Shown: positions 13,301 through 28,300 of the stretch, one piece after another | How positions within the stretch are numbered: position 1 is the first letter of the stretch | Layout: every line of letters begins with the position of its first letter | Source: the human T2T-CHM13v2.0 reference genome, Homo sapiens | Length of the DNA: 64,000 nucleotides | Direction: 5' to 3' (one strand) | NCBI RefSeq assembly: GCF_009914755.1 | Contig: NC_060938.1 | Made by a program: the position numbers and the translations under genes | Notes under the pieces: model-generated | Seen by the model: the letters and a program-made list of their open reading frames with translations, nothing else | What the model was told of the DNA's origin: nothing | The model's database searches: none

Positions 13301-16300
13301 CTTGCAGATTCAACAAAAAGTGTTTTTCAGAACTGCTCTATCAAAAGAAAGATCCACCTCTGTTAGCTGAGTTCACACATCACAAACAAGTTTATGAGAA
13401 TGCTTCTGTCTAGTTTTTATTTGAAGATATTTCCTTTCTCACCATAGAGCTGAAAGCTGTCCTAATGTTCACTTCCAGATACTACAGAAAGAGTGTTTCA
13501 AAACTGCTGTACGAAAGGGAATGTTCAACTCTGTGACTTGAATGCACACATCACAAAGAAGTTTCTGAGGATGCTGCTGTCTACTTTTTATACGTAATCC
13601 CGTTTCCAACGAAATCCTCCAAGCTATCCAAATATCCACTTGCAGATTCCACAGAAAGACTGTTTCAAAACTGCTCTGTCAATAGAAAGGTTCAACTCTG
13701 TTAGCTGCATGCATATATCCCAAAGAAGATTCTGAGATTGCTTCTGTCTAGTTTTTATGGGAAGATATTTCCCTTTTCACCGTAGGCGTCAAGGCGCTCC
13801 AAATGTCCACTTCCAGATACTACAAAAAGAGTGTTTTAAACCTACTCTGTGAAAGGGAATATTCAACTCTGTGACTTGAATGCACATATCACAAGGAAGT
13901 TTCTGAGAATGCTTCTGTCGAGATTTTATATGAAGATATTCCCGTTTCCAACGAAATCCTGAAATCTATCCAAATATCCCCTTGCAGATTCTACAAAAAG
14001 AGTGTTTCAAAACTGCTCTGTAAAAAGAAAGGTTCAACTCTGTTAGTTGAGTACACACATCACAAACAAGTTTCACACAATGCTTCTTTCTAGCTTGTAG
14101 GGGAAGATATTCCCTTTATCACCATGGGCCTCAAACCGTCCGATAAGTCCACTTCCATATACTACAAAAAGAGCGTTTCAAACCTGCTCTATGAAAGGCA
14201 ATGTTCAACTCTGTGACTTGAATGCAGACATCACAGAGCAGTTTCTGAGAATGCTTCTGTCTAGATTTTATAGGAAGATATTCCCGTTTCCAACGAAATC
14301 TTCACAGCTATCCAAATATCCACTTGCAGATTCTACAAAAAGAGTGTATCAAAACTGCTCTGTCAAAAGGAAGGTTCTTTTCTGTTAGGTGAGTGCATAC
14401 GTCATAAAGGAGTTTCTGAGAATGTTTCTGTCTAGTGGTTATGGGAAGATATTTGCTTTTTCACCGTAGGCCTCAGAGCGCTCCAAATATCCACTTGCAC
14501 ATACTACAAAAAGAGTGCCTCAAAGCTGCTCTCTGAAACGGAATGTTCAACTCTATGAGTTGAATGCAAACATCGCAAAGACGTTTCTGAGAATGCTTCT
14601 GTCTAGATTTGATATGAAGATATTCCCGTTTCCAACGAAATCTTCAAATCTATCCAAATGTCCACTTGCAGATTCAACAAAAAGTGTTTTTCAGAACTGC
14701 TCTATCAAAAGAAAGATCCACCTCTGTTAGCTGAGTTCACACATCACAAACAAGTTTATGAGAATGCTTCTGTCTAGTTTTTATTTGAAGATATTTCCTT
14801 TCTCACCATAGAGCTGAAAGCTGTCCTAATGTTCACTTCCAGATACTACAGAAAGAGTGTTTCAAAACTGCTGTACGAAAGGGAATGTTCAACTCTGTGA
14901 CTTGAATGCACACATCACAAAGAAGTTTCTGAGGATGCTGCTGTCTACTTTTTATACGTAATCCCGTTTCCAACGAAATCCTCCAAGCTATCCAAATATC
15001 CACTTGCAGATTCCACAGAAAGACTGTTTCAAAACTGCTCTGTCAATAGAAAGGTTCAACTCTGTTAGCTGCGTGCATATATCCCAAAGAAGATTCTGAG
15101 ATTGCTTCTGTCTAGTTTTTATGGGAAGATATTTCCCTTTTCACCGTAGGCGTCAAGGCGCTCCAAATGTCCACTTCCAGATACTACAAAAAGAGTGTTT
15201 CAAACCTACTCTGTGAAAGGGAATATTCAACTCTGTGACTTGAATGCACATATCACAAAGAAGTTTCTGAGAATGCTTCTGTCGAGATTTTATATGAAGA
15301 TATTCCCGTTTCCAACGAAATGCTGAAATGTATCCAAATATCCCCTCGCAGATTCTACAAAAAGAGTGTTTCAAAACTGCTCTGTGAAAAGAAAGGTTCA
15401 ACTCTGTTAGTTGAGTACACACATCACAAACAAGTTTCACAGAATGCTTCTTTCTAGCTTGTAGGGGAAGATATTCCCTTTATCACCATGGGCCTCCAAC
15501 CGTCCGAAACATCCACTTCCATATACTACAAAAAGAGCGTTTCAAACCTGCTCTATGAAAGGCAATGTTCAACTCTGTGACTTGAATGCAGACATCACAG
15601 AGCAGTTTCTGAGAATGCTTCTGTCTAGATTTTATAGGAAGATATTCCCGTTTCCAACGAAATCTTCACAGCTATCCAAATATCCACTTGCAGATTCTAC
15701 AAAAAGAGTGTATCAAAACTGCTCTGTCAAAAGGAAGGTTCTTTTCTGTTAGGTGAGTGCATACGTCATAAAGGAGTTTCTGAGAATGTTTCTGTCTAGT
15801 GGTTATGGGAAGATATTTGCTTTTTCACCGTAGGCCTCAGAGCGCTCCAAATATCCACTTGCACATACTACAAAAAGAGTGCCTCAAAGCTGCTCTCTGA
15901 AACGGAATGTTCAACTCTATGAGTTGAATGCAAACATCGCAAAGACGTTTCTGAGAATGCTTCTGTCTAGATTTGATATGAAGATATTCCCGTTTCCAAC
16001 GAAATCTTCAAATCTATCCAAATGTCCACTTGCAGATTCAACAAAAAGTGTTTTTCAGAACTGCTCTATCAAAAGAAAGATCCACCTCTGTTAGCTGAGT
16101 TCACACATCACAAACAAGTTTATGAGAATGCTTCTGTCTAGTTTTTATTTGAAGATATTTCCTTTCTCACCATAGAGCTGAAAGCTGTCCTAATGTTCAC
16201 TTCCAGATACTACAGAAAGAGTGTTTCAAAACTGCTGTACGAAAGGGAATGTTCAACTCTGTGACTTCAGTGCACACATCACAAAGAAGTTTCTGAGGAT

Positions 16301-19300
16301 GCTGCTGTCTACTTTTTATACGTAATCCCGTTTCCAACGAAATCCTCCAAGCTATCCAAATATCCACTTGCAGATTCCACAGAAAGACTGTTTCAAAACT
16401 GCTCTGTCAATAGAAAGGTTCAACTCTGTTAGCTGCGTGCATATATCCCAAAGAAGATTCTGAGATTGCTTCTGTCTAGTTTTTATGGGAAGATATTTCC
16501 CTTTTCACCGTAGGTGTCAAGGCGCTCCAAATGTCCACTTCCAGATACTACAAAAAGAGTGTTTCAAACCTACTCTGTGAAAGGGAATATTCAACTCTGT
16601 GACTTGAATGCACATATCACAAAGAAGTTTCTGAGAATGCTTCTGTCGAGATTTTATATGAAGATATTCCCGTTTCCAACGAAATGCTGAAATCTATCCA
16701 AATATCCCCTCGCAGATTCTACGAAAAGAGTGTTTCAAAACTGCTCTGTGAAAAGAAAGGTTCAACTCTGTTAGTTGAGTACACACATCACAAACAAGTT
16801 TCACAGAATGCTTCTTTCTAGCTTGTAGGGGAAGATATTCCCTTTATCACCATGGGCCTCAAACCGTCCGATAAGTCCACTTCCATATACTACAAAAAGA
16901 GCGTTTCAAACCTGCTCTATGAAAGGCAATGTTCAACTCTGTGACTTGAATGCAGACATCACAGAGCAGTTTCTGAGAATGCTTCTGTCTAGATTTTATA
17001 GGAAGATATTCCCGTTTCCAACGAAATCTTCACAGCTATCCAAATATCCACTTGCAGATTCTACAAAAAGAGTGTATCAAAACTGCTCTGTCAAAAGGAA
17101 GGTTCTTTTCTGTTAGGTGAGTGCATACGTCATAAAGGAGTTTCTGAGAATGTTTCTGTCTAGTGGTTATGGGAAGATATTTGCTTTTTCACCGTAGGCC
17201 TCAGAGCGCTCCAAATATCCACTTGCACATACTACAAAAAGAGTGCCTCAAAGCTGCTCTCTGAAACGGAATGTTCAACTCTATGAGTTGAATGCAAACA
17301 TCGCAAAGACGTTTCTGAGAATGCTTCTGTCTAGATTTGATATGAAGATATTCCCGTTTCCAACGAAATCTTCAAATCTATCCAAATGTCCACTTGCAGA
17401 TTCAACAAAAAGTGTTTTTCAGAACTGCTCTATCAAAAGAAAGATCCACCTCTGTTAGCTGAGTTCACACATCACAAACAAGTTTATGAGAATGCTTCTG
17501 TCTAGTTTTTATTTGAAGATATTTCCTTTCTCACCATAGAGCTGAAAGCTGTCCTAATGTTCACTTCCAGATACTACAGAAAGAGTGTTTCAAAACTGCT
17601 GTACGAAAGGGAATGTTCAACTCTGTGACTTGAATGCACACATCACAAAGAAGTTTCTGAGGATGCTGCTGTCTACTTTTTATACGTAATCCCGTTTCCA
17701 ACGAAATCCTCCAAGCTATCCAAATATCCACTTGCAGATTCCACAGAAAGACTGTTTCAAAACTGCTCTGTCAATAGAAAGGTTCAACTCTGTTAGCTGC
17801 GTGCATATATCCCAAAGAAGATTCTGAGATTGCTTCTGTCTAGTTTTTATGGGAAGATATTTCCCTTTTCACCGTAGGCGTCAAGGCGCTCCAAATGTCC
17901 ACTTCCAGATACTACAAAAAGAGTGTTTCAAACCTACTCTGTGAAAGGGAATATTCAACTCTGTGACTTGAATGCACATATCACAAAGAAGTTTCTGAGA
18001 ATGCTTCTGTCGAGATTTTATATGAAGATATTCCCGTTTCCAACGAAATGCTGAAATGTATCCAAATATCCCCTCGCAGATTCTACAAAAAGAGTGTTTC
18101 AAAACTGCTCTGTGAAAAGAAAGGTTCAACTCTGTTAGTTGAGTACACACATCACAAACAAGTTTCACACAATGCTTCTTTCTAGCTTGTAGGGGAAGAT
18201 ATTCCCTTTATCACCATGGGCCTCCAACCGTCCGAAACATCCACTTCCATATACTACAAAAAGAGCGTTTCAAACCTGCTCTATGAAAGGCAATGTTCAA
18301 CTCTGTGACTTGAATGCAGACATCACAGAGCAGTTTCTGAGAATGCTTCTGTCTAGATTTTATAGGAAGATATTCCCGTTTCCAACGAAATCTTCACAGC
18401 TATCCAAATATCCACTTGCAGATTCTACAAAAAGAGTGTATCAAAACTGCTCTGTCAAAAGGAAGGTTCTTTTCTGTTAGGTGAGTGCATACGTCATAAA
18501 GGAGTTTCTGAGAATGTTTCTGTCTAGTGGTTATGGGAAGATATTTGCTTTTTCACCGTAGGCCTCAGAGCGCTCCAAATATCCACTTGCACATACTACA
18601 AAAAGAGTGCCTCAAAGCTGCTCTCTGAAACGGAATGTTCAACTCTATGAGTTGAATGCAAACATCGCAAAGACGTTTCTGAGAATGCTTCTGTCTAGAT
18701 TTGATATGAAGATATTCCCGTTTCCAACGAAATCTTCAAATCTATCCAAATGTCCACTTGCAGATTCAACAAAAAGTGTCTTTCAGAACTGCTCTATCAA
18801 AAGAAAGATCCACCTCTGTTAGCTGAGTTCACACATCACAAACAAGTTTATGAGAATGCTTCTGTCTAGTTTTTATTTGAAGATATTTCCTTTCTCACCA
18901 TAGAGCTGAAAGCTGTCCTAATGTTCACTTCCAGATACTACAGAAAGAGTGTTTCAAAACTGCTGTACGAAAGGGAATGTTCAACTCTGTGACTTCAGTG
19001 CACACATCACAAAGAAGTTTCTGAGGATGCTGCTGTCTACTTTTTATACGTAATCCCGTTTCCAACGAAATCCTCCAAGCTATCCAAATATCCACTTGCA
19101 GATTCCACAGAAAGACTGTTTCAAAACTGCTCTGTCAATAGAAAGGTTCAACTCTGTTAGCTGCGTGCATATATCCCAAAGAAGATTCTGAGATTGCTTC
19201 TGTCTAGTTTTTATGGGAAGATATTTCCCTTTTCACCGTAGGTGTCAAGGCGCTCCAAATGTCCACTTCCAGATACTACAAAAAGAGTGTTTCAAACCTA

Positions 19301-22300
19301 CTCTGTGAAAGGGAATATTCAACTCTGTGACTTGAATGCACATATCACAAAGAAGTTTCTGAGAATGCTTCTGTCGAGATTTTATATGAAGATATTCCCG
19401 TTTCCAACGAAATGCTGAAATCTATCCAAATATCCCCTCGCAGATTCTACGAAAAGAGTGTTTCAAAACTGCTCTGTGAAAAGAAAGGTTCAACTCTGTT
19501 AGTTGAGTACACACATCACAAACAAGTTTCACAGAATGCTTCTTTCTAGCTTGTAGGGGAAGATATTCCCTTTATCACCATGGGCCTCAAACCGTCCGAT
19601 AAGTCCACTTCCATATACTACAAAAAGAGCGTTTCAAACCTGCTCTATGAAAGGCAATGTTCAACTCTGTGACTTGAATGCAGACATCACAGAGCAGTTT
19701 CTGAGAATGCTTCTGTCTAGATTTTATAGGAAGATATTCCCGTTTCCAACGAAATCTTCACAGCTATCCAAATATCCACTTGCAGATTCTACAAAAAGAG
19801 TGTATCAAAACTGCTCTGTCAAAAGGAAGGTTCTTCTCTGTTAGGTGAGTGCATACGTCATAAAGGAGTTTCTGAGAATGTTTCTGTCTAGTGGTTATGG
19901 GAAGATATTTGCTTTTTCACCGTAGGCCTCAGAGCGCTCCAAATATCCACTTGCACATACTACAAAAAGAGTGCCTCAAAGCTGCTCTCTGAAACGGAAT
20001 GTTCAACTCTATGAGTTGAATGCAAACATCGCAAAGACGTTTCTGAGAATGCTTCTGTCTAGATTTGATATGAAGATATTCCCGTTTCCAACGAAATCTT
20101 CAAATCTATCCAAATGTCCACTTGCAGATTCAACAAAAAGTGTTTTTCAGAACTGCTCTATCAAAAGAAAGATCCACCTCTGTTAGCTGAGTTCACACAT
20201 CACAAACAAGTTTATGAGAATGCTTCTGTCTAGTTTTTATTTGAAGATATTTCCTTTCTCACCATAGAGCTGAAAGCTGTCCTAATGTTCACTTCCAGAT
20301 ACTACAGAAAGAGTGTTTCAAAACTGCTGTACGAAAGGGAATGTTCAACTCTGTGACTTGAATGCACACATCACAAAGAAGTTTCTGAGGATGCTGCTGT
20401 CTACTTTTTATACGTAATCCCGTTTCCAACGAAATCCTCCAAGCTATCCAAATATCCACTTGCAGATTCCACAGAAAGACTGTTTCAAAACTGCTCTGTC
20501 AATAGAAAGGTTCAACTCTGTTAGCTGCGTGCATATATCCCAAAGAAGATTCTGAGATTGCTTCTGTCTAGTTTTTATGGGAAGATATTTCCCTTTTCAC
20601 CGTAGGCGTCAAGGCGCTCCAAATGTCCACTTCCAGATACTACAAAAAGAGTGTTTCAAACCTACTCTGTGAAAGGGAATATTCAACTCTGTGACTTGAA
20701 TGCACATATCACAAAGAAGTTTCTGAGAATGCTTCTGTCGAGATTTTATATGAAGATATTCCCGTTTCCAACGAAATGCTGAAATGTATCCAAATATCCC
20801 CTCGCAGATTCTACAAAAAGAGTGTTTCAAAACTGCTCTGTGAAAAGAAAGGTTCAACTCTGTTAGTTGAGTACACACATCACAAACAAGTTTCACACAA
20901 TGCTTCTTTCTAGCTTGTAGGGGAAGATATTCCCTTTATCACCATGGGCCTCCAACCGTCCGAAACATCCACTTCCATATACTACAAAAAGAGCGTTTCA
21001 AACCTGCTCTATGAAAGGCAATGTTCAACTCTGTGACTTGAATGCAGACATCACAGAGCAGTTTCTGAGAATGCTTCTGTCTAGATTTTATAGGAAGATA
21101 TTCCCGTTTCCAACGAAATCTTCACAGCTATCCAAATATCCACTTGCAGATTCTACAAAAAGAGTGTATCAAAACTGCTCTGTCAAAAGGAAGGTTCTTC
21201 TCTGTTAGGTGAGTGCATACGTCATAAAGGAGTTTCTGAGAATGTTTCTGTCTAGTGGTTATGGGAAGATATTTGCTTTTTCACCGTAGGCCTCAGAGCG
21301 CTCCAAATATCCACTTGCACATACTACAAAAAGAGTGCCTCAAAGCTGCTCTCTGAAACGGAATGTTCAACTCTATGAGTTGAATGCAAACATCGCAAAG
21401 ACGTTTCTGAGAATGCTTCTGTCTAGATTTGATATGAAGATATTCCCGTTTCCAACGAAATCTTCAAATCTATCCAAATGTCCACTTGCAGATTCAACAA
21501 AAAGTGTTTTTCAGAACTGCTCTATCAAAAGAAAGATCCACCTCTGTTAGCTGAGTTCACACATCACAAACAAGTTTATGAGAATGCTTCTGTCTAGTTT
21601 TTATTTGAAGATATTTCCTTTCTCACCATAGAGCTGAAAGCTGTCCTAATGTTCACTTCCAGATACTACAGAAAGAGTGTTTCAAAACTGCTGTACGAAA
21701 GGGAATGTTCAACTCTGTGACTTGAATGCACACATCACAAAGAAGTTTCTGAGGATGCTGCTGTCTACTTTTTATACGTAATCCCGTTTCCAACGAAATC
21801 CTCCAAGCTATCCAAATATCCACTTGCAGATTCCACAGAAAGACTGTTTCAAAACTGCTCTGTCAATAGAAAGGTTCAACTCTGTTAGCTGCATGCATAT
21901 ATCCCAAAGAAGATTCTGAGATTGCTTCTGTCTAGTTTTTATGGGAAGATATTTCCCTTTTCACCGTAGGCGTCAAGGCGCTCCAAATGTCCACTTCCAG
22001 ATACTACAAAAAGAGTGTTTCAAACCTACTCTGTGAAAGGGAATATTCAACTCTGTGACTTGAATGCACATATCACAAAGAAGTTTCTGAGAATGCTTCT
22101 GTCGAGATTTTATATGAAGATATTCCCGTTTCCAACGAAATGCTGAAATCTATCCAAATATCCCCTCGCAGATTCTACGAAAAGAGTGTTTCAAAACTGC
22201 TCTGTGAAAAGAAAGGTTCAACTCTGTTAGTTGAGTACACACATCACAAACAAGTTTCACAGAATGCTTCTTTCTAGCTTGTAGGGGAAGATATTCCCTT

Positions 22301-25300
22301 TATCACCATGGGCCTCCAACCGTCCGAAACATCCACTTCCATATACTACAAAAAGAGCGTTTCAAACCTGCTCTATGAAAGGCAATGTTCAACTCTGTGA
22401 CTTGAATGCAGACATCACAGAGCAGTTTCTGAGAATGCTTCTGTCTAGATTTTATAGGAAGATATTCCCGTTTCCAACGAAATCTTCACAGCTATCCAAA
22501 TATCCACTTGCAGATTCTACAAAAAGAGTGTATCAAAACTGCTCTGTCAAAAGGAAGGTTCTTTTCTGTTAGGTGAGTGCATACGTCATAAAGGAGTTTC
22601 TGAGAATGTTTCTGTCTAGTGGTTATGGGAAGATATTTGCTTTTTCACCGTAGGCCTCAGAGCGCTCCAAATATCCACTTGCACATACTACAAAAAGAGT
22701 GCCTCAAAGCTGCTCTCTGAAACGGAATGTTCAACTCTATGAGTTGAATGCAAACATCGCAAAGACGTTTCTGAGAATGCTTCTGTCTAGATTTGATATG
22801 AAGATATTCCCGTTTCCAACGAAATCTTCAAATCTATCCAAATGTCCACTTGCAGATTCAACAAAAAGTGTCTTTCAGAACTGCTCTATCAAAAGAAAGA
22901 TCCACCTCTGTTAGCTGAGTTCACACATCACAAACAAGTTTATGAGAATGCTTCTGTCTAGTTTTTATTTGAAGATATTTCCTTTCTCACCATAGAGCTG
23001 AAAGCTGTCCTAATGTTCACTTCCAGATACTACAGAAAGAGTGTTTCAAAACTGCTGTACGAAAGGGAATGTTCAACTCTGTGACTTCAGTGCACACATC
23101 ACAAAGAAGTTTCTGAGGATGCTGCTGTCTACTTTTTATACGTAATCCCGTTTCCAACGAAATCCTCCAAGCTATCCAAATATCCACTTGCAGATTCCAC
23201 AGAAAGACTGTTTCAAAACTGCTCTGTCAATAGAAAGGTTCAACTCTGTTAGCTGCGTGCATATATCCCAAAGAAGATTCTGAGATTGCTTCTGTCTAGT
23301 TTTTATGGGAAGATATTTCCCTTTTCACCGTAGGTGTCAAGGCGCTCCAAATGTCCACTTCCAGATACTACAAAAAGAGTGTTTCAAACCTACTCTGTGA
23401 AAGGGAATATTCAACTCTGTGACTTGAATGCACATATCACAAAGAAGTTTCTGAGAATGCTTCTGTCGAGATTTTATATGAAGATATTCCCGTTTCCAAC
23501 GAAATGCTGAAATCTATCCAAATATCCCCTCGCAGATTCTACGAAAAGAGTGTTTCAAAACTGCTCTGTGAAAAGAAAGGTTCAACTCTGTTAGTTGAGT
23601 ACACACATCACAAACAAGTTTCACAGAATGCTTCTTTCTAGCTTGTAGGGGAAGATATTCCCTTTATCACCATGGGCCTCCAACCGTCCGAAACATCCAC
23701 TTCCATATACTACAAAAAGAGCGTTTCAAACCTGCTCTATGAAAGGCAATGTTCAACTCTGTGACTTGAATGCAGACATCACAGAGCAGTTTCTGAGAAT
23801 GCTTCTGTCTAGATTTTATAGGAAGATATTCCCGTTTCCAACGAAATCTTCACAGCTATCCAAATATCCACTTGCAGATTCTACAAAAAGAGTGTATCAA
23901 AACTGCTCTGTCAAAAGGAAGGTTCTTCTCTGTTAGGTGAGTGCATACGTCATAAAGGAGTTTCTGAGAATGTTTCTGTCTAGTGGTTATGGGAAGATAT
24001 TTGCTTTTTCACCGTAGGCCTCAGAGCGCTCCAAATATCCACTTGCACATACTACAAAAAGAGTGCTTCAAAGCTGCTCTCTGAAACGGAATGTTCAACT
24101 CTATGAGTTGAATGCAAACATCGCAAAGACGTTTCTGAGAATGCTTCTGTCTAGATTTGATATGAAGATATTCCCGTTTCCAACGAAATCTTCAAATCTA
24201 TCCAAATGTCCACTTGCAGATTCAACAAAAAGTGTTTTTCAGAACTGCTCTATCAAAAGAAAGATCCACCTCTGTTAGCTGAGTTCACACATCACAAACA
24301 AGTTTATGAGAATGCTTCTGTCTAGTTTTTATTTGAAGATATTTCCTTTCTCACCATAGAGCTGAAAGCTGTCCTAATGTTCACTTCCAGATACTACAGA
24401 AAGAGTGTTTCAAAACTGCTGTACGAAAGGGAATGTTCAACTCTGTGACTTGAATGCACACATCACAAAGAAGTTTCTGAGGATGCTGCTGTCTACTTTT
24501 TATACGTAATCCCGTTTCCAACGAAATCCTCCAAGCTATCCAAATATCCACTTGCAGATTCCACAGAAAGACTGTTTCAAAACTGCTCTGTCAATAGAAA
24601 GGTTCAACTCTGTTAGCTGCATGCATATATCCCAAAGAAGATTCTGAGATTGCTTCTGTCTAGTTTTTATGGGAAGATATTTCCCTTTTCACCGTAGGCG
24701 TCAAGGCGCTCCAAATGTCCACTTCCAGATACTACAAAAAGAGTGTTTCAAACCTACTCTGTGAAAGGGAATATTCAACTCTGTGACTTGAATGCACATA
24801 TCACAAGGAAGTTTCTGAGAATGCTTCTGTCGAGATTTTATATGAAGATATTCCCGTTTCCAACGAAATCCTGAAATGTATCCAAATATCCCCTTGCAGA
24901 TTCTACAAAAAGAGTGTTTCAAAACTGCTCTGTAAAAAGAAAGGTTCAACTCTGTTAGTTGAGTACACACATCACAAACAAGTTTCACACAATGCTTCTT
25001 TCTAGCTTGTAGGGGAAGATATTCCCTTTATCACCATGGGCCTCCAACCGTCCGAAACATCCACTTCCATATACTACAAAAAGAGCGTTTCAAACCTGCT
25101 CTATGAAAGGCAATGTTCAACTCTGTGACTTGAATGCAGACATCACAGAGCAGTTTCTGAGAATGCTTCTGTCTAGATTTTATAGGAAGATATTCCCGTT
25201 TCCAACGAAATCTTCACAGCTATCCAAATATCCACTTGCAGATTCTACAAAAAGAGTGTATCAAAACTGCTCTGTCAAAAGGAAGGTTCTTCTCTGTTAG

Positions 25301-28300
25301 GTGAGTGCATACGTCATAAAGGAGTTTCTGAGAATGTTTCTGTCTAGTGGTTATGGGAAGATATTTGCTTTTTCACCGTAGGCCTCAGAGCGCTCCAAAT
25401 ATCCACTTGCACATACTACAAAAAGAGTGCCTCAAAGCTGCTCTCTGAAACGGAATGTTCAACTCTATGAGTTGAATGCAAACATCGCAAAGACGTTTCT
25501 GAGAATGCTTCTGTCTAGATTTGATATGAAGATATTCCCGTTTCCAACGAAATCTTCAAATCTATCCAAATGTCCACTTGCAGATTCAACAAAAAGTGTT
25601 TTTCAGAACTGCTCTATCAAAAGAAAGATCCACCTCTGTTAGCTGAGTTCACACATCACAAACAAGTTTATGAGAATGCTTCTGTCTAGTTTTTATTTGA
25701 AGATATTTCCTTTCTCACCATAGAGCTGAAAGCTGTCCTAATGTTCACTTCCAGATACTACAGAAAGAGTGTTTCAAAACTGCTGTACGAAAGGGAATGT
25801 TCAACTATGTGACTTGAATGCACACATCACAAAGAAGTTTCTGAGGATGCTGCTGTCTACTTTTTATACGTAATCCCGTTTCCAACGAAATCCTCCAAGC
25901 TATCCAAATATCCACTTGCAGATTCCACAGAAAGACTGTTTCAAAACTGCTCTGTCAATAGAAAGGTTCAACTCTGTTAGCTGCGTGCATATATCCCAAA
26001 GAAGATTCTGAGATTGCTTCTGTCTAGTTTTTATGGGAAGATATTTCCCTTTTCACCGTAGGCGTCAAGGCGCTCCAAATGTCCACTTCCAGATACTACA
26101 AAAAGAGTGTTTCAAACCTACTCTGTGAAAGGGAATATTCAACTCTGTGACTTGAATGCACATATCACAAAGAAGTTTCTGAGAATGCTTCTGTCGAGAT
26201 TTTATATGAAGATATTCCCGTTTCCAACGAAATGCTGAAATCTATCCAAATATCCCCTCGCAGATTCTACGAAAAGAGTGTTTCAAAACTGCTCTGTGAA
26301 AAGAAAGGTTCAACTCTGTTAGTTGAGTACACACATCACAAACAAGTTTCACAGAATGCTTCTTTCTAGCTTGTAGGGGAAGATATTCCCTTTATCACCA
26401 TGGGCCTCCAACCGTCCGAAACATCCACTTCCATATACTACAAAAAGAGCGTTTCAAACCTGCTCTATGAAAGGCAATGTTCAACTCTGTGACTTGAATG
26501 CAGACATCACAGAGCAGTTTCTGAGAATGCTTCTGTCTAGATTTTATAGGAAGATATTCCCGTTTCCAACGAAATCTTCACAGCTATCCAAATATCCACT
26601 TGCAGATTCTACAAAAAGAGTGTATCAAAACTGCTCTGTCAAAAGGAAGGTTCTTCTCTGTTAGGTGAGTGCATACGTCATAAAGGAGTTTCTGAGAATG
26701 TTTCTGTCTAGTGGTTATGGGAAGATATTTGCTTTTTCACCGTAGGCCTCAGAGCGCTCCAAATATCCACTTGCACATACTACAAAAAGAGTGCTTCAAA
26801 GCTGCTCTCTGAAACGGAATGTTCAACTCTATGAGTTGAATGCAAACATCGCAAAGACGTTTCTGAGAATGCTTCTGTCTAGATTTGATATGAAGATATT
26901 CCCGTTTCCAACGAAATCTTCAAATCTATCCAAATGTCCACTTGCAGATTCAACAAAAAGTGTTTTTCAGAACTGCTCTATCAAAAGAAAGATCCACCTC
27001 TGTTAGCTGAGTTCACACATCACAAACAAGTTTATGAGAATGCTTCTGTCTAGTTTTTATTTGAAGATATTTCCTTTCTCACCATAGAGCTGAAAGCTGT
27101 CCTAATGTTCACTTCCAGATACTACAGAAAGAGTGTTTCAAAACTGCTGTACGAAAGGGAATGTTCAACTCTGTGACTTGAATGCACACATCACAAAGAA
27201 GTTTCTGAGGATGCTGCTGTCTACTTTTTATACGTAATCCCGTTTCCAACGAAATCCTCCAAGCTATCCAAATATCCACTTGCAGATTCCACAGAAAGAC
27301 TGTTTCAAAACTGCTCTGTCAATAGAAAGGTTCAACTCTGTTAGCTGCGTGCATATATCCCAAAGAAGATTCTGAGATTGCTTCTGTCTAGTTTTTATGG
27401 GAAGATATTTCCCTTTTCACCGTAGGCGTCAAGGCGCTCCAAATGTCCACTTCCAGATACTACAAAAAGAGTGTTTCAAACCTACTCTGTGAAAGGGAAT
27501 ATTCAACTCTGTGACTTGAATGCACATATCACAAGGAAGTTTCTGAGAATGCTTCTGTCGAGATTTTATATGAAGATATTCCCGTTTCCAACGAAATCCT
27601 GAAATGTATCCAAATATCCCCTTGCAGATTCTACAAAAAGAGTGTTTCAAAACTGCTCTGTAAAAAGAAAGGTTCAACTCTGTTAGTTGAGTACACACAT
27701 CACAAACAAGTTTCACACAATGCTTCTTTCTAGCTTGTAGGGGAAGATATTCCCTTTATCACCATGGGCCTCCAACCGTCCGAAACATCCACTTCCATAT
27801 ACTACAAAAAGAGCGTTTCAAACCTGCTCTATGAAAGGCAATGTTCAACTCTGTGACTTGAATGCAGACATCACAGAGCAGTTTCTGAGAATGCTTCTGT
27901 CTAGATTTTATAGGAAGATATTCCCGTTTCCAACGAAATCTTCACAGCTATCCAAATATCCACTTGCAGATTCTACAAAAAGAGTGTATCAAAACTGCTC
28001 TGTCAAAAGGAAGGTTCTTTTCTGTTAGGTGAGTGCATACGTCATAAAGGAGTTTCTGAGAATGTTTCTGTCTAGTGGTTATGGGAAGATATTTGCTTTT
28101 TCACCGTAGGCCTCAGAGCGCTCCAAATATCCACTTGCACATACTACAAAAAGAGTGCCTCAAAGCTGCTCTCTGAAACGGAATGTTCAACTCTATGAGT
28201 TGAATGCAAACATCGCAAAGACGTTTCTGAGAATGCTTCTGTCTAGATTTGATATGAAGATATTCCCGTTTCCAACGAAATCTTCAAATCTATCCAAATG

